Of a stretch of 64,000 nucleotides of DNA, positions 14,601-25,497 are shown piece by piece. Below the pieces are notes generated by a model, which was not told the DNA's origin, ran no database searches, and saw nothing but the letters and a program-made list of their open reading frames with translations. Positions within the stretch are counted from its first letter, which is position 1; each line of letters starts with the position of its first letter. A program made the position numbers and the translations under genes. Origin of the DNA: Mizuhopecten yessoensis (taxonomy: Eukaryota). The stretch covers positions 550,891 to 614,890 of the forward strand of contig NW_018405306.1 of assembly GCF_002113885.1 (NCBI RefSeq), in the 5' to 3' direction.

Positions 14601-14840
14601 AGGTAGAATACATCGTTAATACAGGTAGAATACAATGTTAATAAAGATAGTATACAGTGTTTATACAGGTATCATACAGTGTTTATACAGGTGGAATACA
14701 TTGTTAATACAGGTAGAATACAGTGTTTATACAGGTAGAATACAGCGTTTATACAGGTAGATTACAGTGTTAATACAGGTATAATACAGAGTATATACAG
14801 GTAGTAAACAGGACAAATAAAGAAATTATACAGAGTTTAT
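11690..14840. repeat. Second 22-bp minisatellite, consensus TACAGGTAGAATACAGTGTTTA
   Basis: Tandem units read directly; degenerate at both edges; 22-aa periodic spurious ORFs. Confidence 0.97.
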
Positions 14841-16929
14841 TTAAGCATTGAACTGTTACCAGATGCAGTATACAGTCGATATGAATGCAATTTGGGTGAC
14901 AGATAAATAGAATGTCGCCCGTTAACAATGCTTATATTTACATTTATATGTATATAGTTTGTTTTGTATAGTAACTGAAGCAAAAATACCTTTGAATTTC
15001 CCGCTTATCATATCAGTGACGTCAGTAAGTTCAAATCCCAGAACAGCCGACATTTCCAGTAAAAATAATATAGTACCTCGTGTCATTGAAAACCACACAC
15101 AAATAAAATGGTTTGAACACAAACTTAACTTTATTATTTATTTCATATGAGTGTGTACATTGTATATGCTGAAAAAATGTTAATAATTGCATAACTTCTG
15201 CTTGTTTAAAATTAAAGCTGTTTTTCGCGCATTGATAGATTACATGTATTTTGAAGTGATGCGGCACTGAACGGACTTGATTGGTTTCCTCGGAAACGCT
15301 TATGTTTCCTTCGACTGGAATATTACGTTATTATCAGAAGCATATATACTCGGAAACGTTTAATTAAGGTGGTCCTTTCAGTAGGTGATAACGATTCCAA
15401 GGACATTTCGTTTGAAATAGATTCCATGTCTAATCGGTCAGATTAGCATCGCTAGCAGACGACGTTCACAGAGGTCGGTTTCGTGATTTTGAGTAATTGA
15501 TGACATCACTGAAAAACCACATTACTTAAAAAGGTATTTATACACATTTTGAAACCTTGTCGATACCCTCGACTTTTACAAGGTTTTAGAAATGCTGAAT
15601 TTTAGTGTTGTGGTTATTCACTGATGTTGTGCATAACTCAAAATCCTGAGTGATGACGTTGACAAACTTGCTAATTTCTTATCTAGAATGGCCCTTACAA
15701 TAATTTTGTGGTACCTACACATCTTATAATAAATTTATATTGTCATAATTTGTCAAGTTGTTTTATTTTTTTGCGAAGAAAATATCCCTCTATATTCGAC
15801 TAGTTATCCATTTAATTTATAACTGAATATTATGTCATTGGGTATTCACGGCAACTGGTTCCAGCAGTTTCAAGCGCAGAACGACATGGCCCTTGGCTTC
15901 TTGATGTACTGGGAGCCGACACGGCTAGTATCAATTCAGTGTTACCCTGTCGGTGTGAAGTTGAATGGTACTAGGCACGGTGTCCTCGGGGACAGGAATG
16001 GACAGAAAACCATCAGCGACTCACACCAAGTGATACATAAAGAATGAGATAATACCTCAGAGTCACAATTATCAGCAAAAAAGTAATTAGAATTCAAAAT
16101 CAAAATCGAAAATATAAAAGCTGCAAAGTATAAACAGATTTTTTTTTTCATTGAGACCATTAGAAAAGTACAAGGAGAATCAGACTATAAGTTGTAATTA
16201 AAATTAAAATTAAAAATAATTAAATTTGTGTGATGTCATCAAATATATTTGGAGGAGTTAACCAAGACTTTTACCAGTTTCTAATTGATGACTTTAACTT
16301 TTAATTGATCGATCACTTCTTAATCTGATTTGAAAATCAAATTTGGAGCTGCTGAACAGATTAATGTATAAAAAATTTATGAATCACTCACAGAAAAAAG
16401 ATATTGTGAATAATAGGAACACAGGTTTCTAATTTGGTCAGGCTATGAGTTGATAACAGGATGTGAGAAAAACAAAATGACTCGTATATTGCGTCGCCAT
16501 CTACCCTTTATATGTGTTCAGCTGGAGTTATCGTTTCATTGTCTGACCATAATTCAGGACGTGTTTCCGTGATTTGGATAACAAAATATGTTGGCGGCAT
16601 TAAGCAAATGTTCCGTGAACAAGACACACTAATGTGACGAATTTATATAGGTATGACGAATTAACTCGTGCTTATACTAATTTCCAGCTATTAATTCTAT
16701 TTAAACGATTGAATATTAATCTGTTTTGAAAATCAATGTATTTCATTTAAAAAAAAATGTATTGATTAATTACTCAATGGAATATAAACCGTCCTATCGA
16801 CTTCCTTTGGTATACCAATATTTGAGCATGCATACACAAGTACATATTTATCATAGAAAAGCATAGGGTTATATATGTAAAACGTATAACATTGTTTCTT
16901 TATGAGAACAAGATACTGTAAAAGCCAGC

Positions 16930-17075
16930 AATAGCTTTATATTTTGGTCAGTCTTGGAGCTGATAACCCAAGTTGAGTAGAAGGAAAAAATCCCATCAAC
17001 AATTGACCATCTATTCAATTAACACGTGTTAACTGGGTCATCACCTCATAACTCGACCAAAACAGAAAACTATTC
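16930..17075. mobile_element. Decayed palindromic MITE-like element
   Basis: AATAGCTTTATATTTTGGTCAGTCTTGGAGCTGATAACCCAAGTT is an imperfect inverted copy of AACTGGGTCATCACCTCATAACTCGACCAAAACAGAAAACTATT. Confidence 0.5.
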
Positions 17076-17288
17076 CATAGATAAAGTAGTTGAGCTACGT
17101 TGAGAGCGGTTTCGTTTTTCTTGCAAGCAACTATAGTTTCGAAACTCTTCTTCTTTTTGTGAATTTATACATCTTAGACAGATGATATAAGATGGCATCA
17201 TCTTCATTTTATTATAGTACGCTTTGGCAGTAAGAATTTATTTTCTGTGTAACTTTGAACCTCGAACAACACCATTATTCGGACTTTG

Positions 17289-17720
17289 AACGACGGCGAA
17301 ATATAAAAATAAAATAAAATAACATCACAAAGACAATATTTACATTGAGACCTTAAGAAAAGTACAAGGAGAATGCGTATGTAGGCGTTGTAATGAAATG
17401 TTTACAATCTACACTGACAATAGCTCAATAAACATTGCTACCGTAAACCGGAATAACCACATCATTATCTTACCATAGATCGTGACGAGTTTCCATGACT
17501 TCGATAACAAAACATGTGGAACAACGGCGAAATGTGAACAAAAATAGACACTTACAAGAAAATGACAATATTTACATTGAGACCCAGTACAACCAAAAGA
17601 AGACTAGGAATTGTAATTAAATATTTACAATCTGCACTGACAATTACTAAATAAACACTGCTCCCGGGGGCCATTGAACGTTTCTGAAGGGTAAGAATAG
17701 TTGCTTTATCGACGACAACT
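17289..17720. repeat. Diverged ~230-bp tandem duplication, with a related copy at ~16100-16200
   Basis: AAC(G/A)ACGGCGAAAT...GACAATATTTACATTGAGACC...TTTACAATCT(A/G)CACTGACAAT occurs twice; TTGAGACCATTAGAAAAGTACAAGGAGAAT also at ~16151. Confidence 0.75.
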
Positions 17721-20322
17721 TCCAAGTAAATGTCCATTAACATTGGTTAATAGGTTTGTCCAATAACATTGGTTAATAGGTTTGTCGATTTACATTCGAC
17801 ATCTATCACCGAAGTCTTGATTTTCCATCTATGATTGCAGTAAGGTCAGTAAAGATCGCCATGCTCGGCTGACGTTTAAAAACATTTATTTCAAAACTCA
17901 AGAGGATATATGTGATCTATGTGTTCAATACATGTTTTGCTATGTAAAGTCAACACATTGTCAATATACCTGTAAGTAAAATTGAATGACTTCAATATAT
18001 TGAAGGTTTTTGTTTGTATTCCTGATAAGCTCTTTTTTAAATTCAGGCAAATATCAACCAAAAACTAGCCGACTAAGAGTAGGGCAGAATTTGACCCCGA
18101 GTGTTAAGCTAATGATCTCCTAAAAATCTTCCCGTCGAACGCAATACAAATATTTAGAACCAAGATGTAATCATCTTCACGATTACAAATTTTAGCATAT
18201 TTTATCCAGACACGTGTTGTATTTTTCAAACAATAGTTAATAACTATAAAAGGTTTTAACGCCGTTCACTTTAGTTGGGAAAGATATTCCCAAATCAAGA
18301 GAAGAAAGGCGTTCCTTTTAATTTGGTATGAGTTTATTTGTGTCTAGTGTGGAAAAATTAAATATTCTAATAGACAAAACGTTTTTAAGAATAGATTTAT
18401 CAAAACATCTCTGTAAATTCCACTTCTGTGACAGTATTCATAAACCATTCTCGTGCCCAAAGATGAATTCTGTGCTCCAACAACTTTTTTATAACTTGCT
18501 TCAATCATGTGACATGGTCAAAAACTGCATTTGGCTTTTAAGTTTCACCGAAAGTCTTTCAAATATTTAATAAAAAGTGATTTTTTGATAATCTATCTGC
18601 ATTACCTGAACAAGACAAAAAGCCTTTTATGAAACAGTTAGATGAAACGGACCTACGAGCAAAGCAAACAGTGTCACGATAATGCGTTACTCTAGATTAA
18701 TGGTACTTAAACGATAAGTTTAGAAAACCTGCTGAGCTACTATTGGAGCAAGCAATGGATTCTGCTAATAACAGACTGCATACAACATTGAATTCGTGCA
18801 ATATTACTTTGCGTTTCGTTAGGATATTAATATTGGTACATTTTAAAATTTGCAGCAAAGTAGGTGAATGTATAGGTTCATCATGTCTGCTTTTTTAGTT
18901 AAAACTGGCTAGAATAATAAAATCGTTAAATTGCAATTAAGCGAGATCTCAGTCGAGGGCTAAGATTCGTTAACATAATGCTAACGAGACGTAAGCACTT
19001 CAGACAGGGATTTTCCATGTGATACCAGTGCTAGGTTTTTCTATCTTGTCCAATCTGTCTGACACCTTTACGCGACATTTTGCGGAATTTTCACAAAGCT
19101 ATGTGTTCATTTACGCAGTAAACAAAGTTATACACTCGTTCTTTTTTCAATTATGTTTTCTTGTAATATGTGTTATATTATTTAGATGTTTCAAATTCGT
19201 AATGTTTTAAGGAAAATATAATCTACATTGTTATTATGTTTTCTCCCTTTTAAAGACGGTCTACGCAGAAACATTAAAGCATAGCTTTAGAATTTTAGAG
19301 GTACGTTTTATTTAAGGCCCCACACGGGGTACTTGTTAGACTATAGCGAAATTGAGTTGTTTTTTAAACTAAATGGTGCTAAAGAAAGTAATCTGAGCAT
19401 ATTAACCCGACTACTTGTGTAGGACTCTCGTTCAGTTTCATTGTTTTTGGCCGAGCAACAGTATTCAAATATTTAACCGGTATTCTTTGACTTTTTTCCG
19501 GACTAGATCGTAAAACAACGCCTGAAACTAAAACGTCTTAATGCATAGTTAAATTCGCGTTTGAAACTTTCAGCAAACGATGGGAAAATAACACCAACGC
19601 GAAAATTTGCCGGTATAAAGTATAGAACATTAAAAGTAAAAAATGCCTTGATAGTTTTTTCAAACAGGATATGTGGTGTTTCCAAACAAGGATCAACTGA
19701 CTGAATGTTTTATTTGCCGAAACAACCATATCCGTGTCAAGAAAATCATTGATTTAATTTATGCATGGTTTTCATTTCGGACTTCAAGTTGCAGATTTAT
19801 TTTTTTGAAAATTTTGGACTCTTTTAACTAAATCTACTTAGAAACCATTCTAATCTAGCATGCATTCCCTTTGTTAGGCGTAGTCTTCCACAGTGAACGT
19901 CCTGAAATACCCAGCCAACTGATGGTAGGGTTCTCTTGATAATTCAAATCATTCATGGAAATCAATTCTAGCTTTACATAATTGATAGTATTTAGATACC
20001 ACAAGTTCATGGTAGCCTTGACCCAGTTTGATAGATTAGCAAAATGCTGAAGGAGTCATTGTAGGGTTATATTTGTTCAGCTTTTGTAGCGTTGATTGTA
20101 GTTAAAGTTTGTAAGCCATAGGTTTAGAACGAATGTACAAATTATAAGAGTATTCCAATATTGAAAGTACGGCTGTATTTTAGCTTAATTTGACTCATGG
20201 TGTAGAAGATAACTGATGTTAATGATATCTAAGCCCTTGTTGGCAAATTCGATAGTCTTCAAATACCGATTTACTGGAGAGCTGTGACTATCCGTAGAAA
20301 CAGTCTTAAAAGCCTTCTATTA

Positions 20323-20419
20323 TAGCATGACTTTCACTGTTGACTATATTCAGAAACGCTGGTATTTTATGATGCGTGGAAACTTGCGTTAAGTGCTAAA
20401 TGCAGCATGTCGGAGAGAC
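20323..20419 (+). repeat. Left arm of 97-bp inverted repeat flanking the Kv exon
   Basis: Reverse complement of 24052-24148 with 6 mismatches by manual alignment. Confidence 0.92.
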
Positions 20420-21012
20420 ACCATGCATTTAATAATTATATTATAGCTAATTGTCACAAAGAACAATTGAAGCAGGACTCTATTGTAAGGGTATTAATAC
20501 AGAAACGGGAAACAACTATTATGTATTGTTAACATGATAACGCTGTTTATGCCTCCGATTACGTCTCATTTCAGGAGTGAACAAAGACATTGTAAGACTA
20601 TATCCCGGATTTGACAAATTTAAAGATTAGTACAATTGTACTACAGATTTTATTGAAAACAAGATGTTGTCAATGACTGTACTATATCGATCATTATCCT
20701 CTATTTCTGCAAAAAATACTAGCTTAGAATTGTTTCATGGAATATGGCAAAGATGATTTACCCATTTTAGTATCAAGAGAAGATATTAACATTTAAAATG
20801 GCCAACAATGATCCATCTTTTAACAGTGTGAATAAACTGTCAACTTTTCATTACAACACGTCCTTTTTGGAAGGCATGGCGGGTAATTTAATTGGAACAA
20901 CAGCAATCGTGACATAGCCATGTTCAACTTATGGTGGTTTGGGCAATGTTCGTTAACGAGGACACAAAGGAAAACTACCTTTTAAACGTGTGTAAATATC
21001 AATTATACTTAC

Positions 21013-21504
21013 CTTTGCAATTTGTCGGGACGATGGTTCCTCCAGGATGCTCCACACTCCTGCCTGGATGGCTTCCCAGTCGTGTCCTTGTCGTTGACGT
21101 TCCAAAAAAGCTTTCTCGTTTTTCCGGTTTGATTGATCAGTGTCCAGCATGGTCAACATTTTCTGGTCATCGAAGAAACCAACAAATTTACTGTAGCAAC
21201 AATTGGACATCTTCTTTGCATCTATTCCCCAGAAAAACAATTCTTCTTTAAACTCCATTGGACATATCGATCCCGGCATATGCAACTCTCTATCTTGAAA
21301 GTACCCCAACACAACCGAAAAACATATAGGATGTCTTTCAAAGAAGTATTCGTTAGGTAGCTTTGCATACAACTTGGTGGCTTCCTCTGATCCATGTTTT
21401 TCTCGTAAGGTACTTTCGATGCATAACCACGTGGCCCCTGATATTTCGAACCTCGTACCGCTTACATTGACAATTACATTGACATTGCAATCAACATCCA
21501 TCAT
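21013..21504 (-). CDS. First coding exon of a voltage-gated K+ channel alpha subunit (non-Shaker, Shaw/Kv3-like); T1/BTB domain plus pre-S1 helix
   Basis: VIVNVSGTRFE...YFFERHPICF..VLGYF...LHMPGSICPMEFKEELFFWGI...NCC...VWSILEEPSS..IAK. Exact HX5CX20CC zinc motif of Kv2/3/4 T1 domains. ATG at 21504 with an upstream in-frame TGA. Phase-0 donor AAG|GTAAGT at 21013/21012; 492 nt = 164 codons. Confidence 0.9.
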
Positions 21505-22289
21505 GTTCAACAAGTGTTCCGCCTTTGTTCAAAGTCTATGAAGATCTAAAGTTCTGAAGATAATTGCGCAATACTCCGACAAAATTGTCAAACCCGATTT
21601 ATTGGTCAATACGTATTAAATTATTGCTTTAAGTATTTTATTCCCGAAAACTCGATAAAAAACGTCAAATTTGATTCTCAAGATCAATGTATAATTTCAA
21701 TAATATTTCCTTATAAAACTGGCAAACCAACTTGTCCTTGTAATAATCGTCAACCGATATTAGTTAACCGTTGCCTGTCCTTGCACAAGTTGGAATTAAC
21801 TGAAACATTGTTCAAATACAAATCGTTACCAAGACATCTGTTACAAATATGTCCAATTTCTTTTTAAGGCCAACAGTTTCTGTAAACCCTGTAGATGAAC
21901 CATGAATAATATAACAGGTTCTAGATGAGTAAGGAAAGTATAAAGCGTTCCACTGATCTAACATTGTCTGTGTTGTGATTGATCTTTGCTTGTCGAGACG
22001 CCCTGTTTAGATAAGCTTGCTTGCTCTAGTTCATCAGAGGTGGTTAAGACACTATTATTCGACCAGACAACAGTTAAAAATAAATCAATATTCCTTCACA
22101 ACCTGATGACGATCACTACACTTGATAAAACAAACATGCACGATAGCATACCTGGGTATATACTACTATATAGATGGTCATTTTAAATTCTTCCCTATGG
22201 AGGTATAGTGTAGTTATTCCCCTGGTCACACAGGTCGAGAGGTGAAATCACAATAGTCTACTAAAGCGGCTCAGCGATACAGCAACTTA

Positions 22290-23300
22290 CTTATCATACT
22301 GTCAAATACTTAAGTCCCAGGTTTACCATACTGATCAAATGACCAAGTCACTTGTCTACCATACTGGTCAAATGACTAAGTCACTTGTCTGCCATACTGG
22401 TCAAATGGTCAAACCTCTGGCCGTTCGTACTGGTAACGTGTTCAAGTCAAATTATTCAACACAAGTATCCCATAGTTTCAGTTACTGGTTAACCTTACTG
22501 ATCATGTGATCAAGTCGTTGGCTTTTCTTACTGGCAAGTGTTCAAGTCAAATTAGTCAACAAAACTGGCCCAGAGTTCAAGTCACTGGTTTACCGTACTT
22601 GTCATGTGATCAAGTCACTGGGCTTTCATACTTTTAAAATGGTCATGTCAAATTAATATAATATATACTGGTAAAGTTTTAAAGGTACCACATCTCTCTC
22701 ATTAGGCGATTGTTCAACTGACTGATCAATCTTACAGGTCAAGTGGTAAAGTTACTGGTCTACTAAACAGTTCAAGTGATGAAGACACCGAATCTCTATA
22801 CTGTTCCTACTTTGATTCGGTTTTGGATTAGGAAGTATATGGTCTAGCGTCCCAATAGCTTAGTTTATAAGGACGAACCTCCTATAGTGTAATGTATTGG
22901 TGTCGTGGGTGCAGGAAGCGGTAAATGAGTGTATTTGCGATAGCGCGGACCTGATACCGATTTTAGAGAGCTACGTTGTAAAAAAAACAACTCAGTGAAA
23001 TACTAGGCCAAGGTCACCAAGCACAGTTATCTGCCGGGTTACCAATGTTTGTGAGATCAAGTCCGTGGTCTACATCTACCATACTTGTCAATTATCCCTT
23101 ATGCAAGTCAGTTGTCTACCATACTGGTCAATTATCTATTATTCAAGTCAGTTGTCTACCATCCTGGTTTAGTGATCGTGTTACTATTTTACCAGATCAA
23201 GTCACTGGACTATTTGGCAAGTGGATCAAGTCAGTAGTCTAATTCTGCTGGTCATTTGATCAACGGCACTGGTTCACAATACTAGGCATGAACCATTCAT
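22290..23300. repeat. Degenerate 33-bp tandem repeat (CATACTGGTCAAATGACCAAGTCACTTGTCTAC), interrupted by a SINE remnant
   Basis: Clear units at 22328-22400; decayed units to ~22800 and again at 23050-23300. Confidence 0.75.
22855..23045 (-). mobile_element. Decayed SINE remnant (CORE-type bivalve SINE-like)
   Basis: GATAGCGCGGACCTGATACCGATTTTA...GTGAAATACT shares motifs with 54105-54415. Family name from recall only. Confidence 0.45.
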
Positions 23301-24051
23301 GAAATCCTTATAAAGTAATTAAGCCATTTTTCTACAATACTGCTAAAATTCTCTTTTTTAATTGGATGGAGACTTTACTTAAAACTATATACAGCATGGT
23401 GTAGACCTTTTTCATTAAAGACGCAGGATCAAGTGTAATATACAGTAGTTACAACCATTGAGAGTCGTATACATTTCTGTCCGTGATATTTTTGATGAAA
23501 AATAAGTTATTTCCTTAAGCAAACATTGCATTATAAAGCATCTTCAGCACACAAAGGAAACACCTGTCTACATATTCCGAAAAAAATGCAACTAGCAATG
23601 ATTATATTGGAATTGGATGCGGTTTAAACAGGTATGTTACGGATAATGACATTTCTTGAGGGTAGGTTTTCTTTGACAATTAAAGCACATATCAGCCTTC
23701 GCTAGAGCTTCATGGAATACGAAATAAAGCTGGTTTAACATGGTACATATAACAATCGATAATGTATTGTATGATTATGTGTAAATACATCAAAGCAAAG
23801 CAAACCGGAAACTAGTTTTAGACCAAGGCCAGGTCATGTTTCATTCACGATCAGAAGATGCAGCGATTTGATCCAGGGTCATTCTTTGTCATTCTTTGCT
23901 GGTCATCCCAGTTTTACTGCAACAGAAAAGATAACACCCTTCTTGCCCTGCTATGTATGGATTGGCAGGTTAACTGACTACTGACAGCCCCGGACGATTC
24001 TGATTGTCAGAACAGCGCCAGTTGTTAATACTAAGAGTAAATGGCATTTTC

Positions 24052-24148
24052 GTCTCTTTGACATGCTGCATTTAGCACTTAACGCAAGTTTCCATGCATC
24101 TTAAAATGCCAGCGTTTCTGAATATTGTCAACAGTGAAAGTCATGCTA
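24052..24148 (-). repeat. Right arm of 97-bp inverted repeat flanking the Kv exon
   Basis: Reverse complement of 20323-20419. Confidence 0.92.
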
Positions 24149-25497
24149 CAGTAGCCGCTAATGGTACTTTTTAAGGTTTTAATGCTACATGTTACCAATT
24201 AAATAAGTTCACTCTCTCCTGCTTCTGTACCCTTTTAATTTCATGATCCATAACAGTAGATTTTTTTACTTTCTAGAGAAGATGGGACCTCAGGTCAGAA
24301 CAGCGATATCTGTAGACGTCGCCATCCCAAAAGTATACGTGAATATCAATAGGTTTACACTACATAACTTTACCTACTCCTCAGAACTGATTGAAGGAGG
24401 TATCCAGAGGTGTTACATGTATGTTCGTTCATGATGCCTCTGGTGAATTCGATTGCCCCTCATTTTTTAAAATTATAAACTCATCAAAAATTTCCAATGA
24501 ATGTGAACTAAATATCAACCTAGATAATGCATCTAAACAAGCTAGGTGTTTTTTAAGGGCAGCTTTTGAAAAAATAATTTACCTATAAAGCATATGTGTA
24601 TATCTTGGTGCAATGTCCCACTGACCTGTAGGTATTGTTGTCTATTTTAATTAGCGATTTTTACAACATGAGAAGACATCTCAACAGTTCTACCAAGCTA
24701 TTTTTCGAAGGATATTTGATTTCCCGAGTGTCCCATGCAGCAGGACAACATAAGATGATGAAAGCCTCATGTAGAATATTGGTGTAACAGAAGACCACAT
24801 CATTGGTCACCAGCCATGCATCTTCAAGCAGAGTTTTACATCAAGTCTCTAAAGATAGTCTGTGATATCAATCAAATGAGATAAAATGTCCTCTAAATAT
24901 AGCCTCAAGTGGACATCAGCCACTAACACATCGAACTGATTACATGTCAGGTAACAACAAAGCCCATAAAAAATGTGGAGAGGAAATATAACTTGTCTGC
25001 CTTAAGGGAGTCAGGGAGAGACAGTATATTAATTTGAATGTATTATAATCGATATGTCCTATTTTGGGTATCCCGCCGAAAAGCTTATTTTTTCTTGCAA
25101 AACTGATTTATTTCCATGGATTTCTCTAGCAGCTATTTATTTCCTATAATCAACTTGAATTGTCACCTCATAGCCTGATAAATAGGGGAAACATATTTCT
25201 TAGAAAGAGGAAATTTCATGATTAATTTACTATAAGCAAATCCATTAACACACTGCATCAATACTGGATGTACCTGGTATTATGATCGGGGCGGGCTTAT
25301 TTTCACATCAATCTATTTGATTGCATGACAAATACGTGTTGACATCTTTTCATGATGTACTGTTTTAATAGTGAATAGAAGACGAATAATAACGTCACGT
25401 TACCAAAACTTATATGACGTACATATATGCAGAACTTAGCGTGGTTTCATTCAGTCAATTAGATCAGTGCTAAACACACGATAAATTCCATCTAAAT

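Noticed and set aside
12000-14800. Array of Zelda (CAGGTAG) sites
   Set aside because: Zelda is known from insects and related arthropods, whereas the repeats point to a mollusc.
15832-16047. GC-richer ORF; WNQLP on the minus strand as a LINE 3' end
   Set aside because: No recognisable domain and stops surround the motif; too little evidence.
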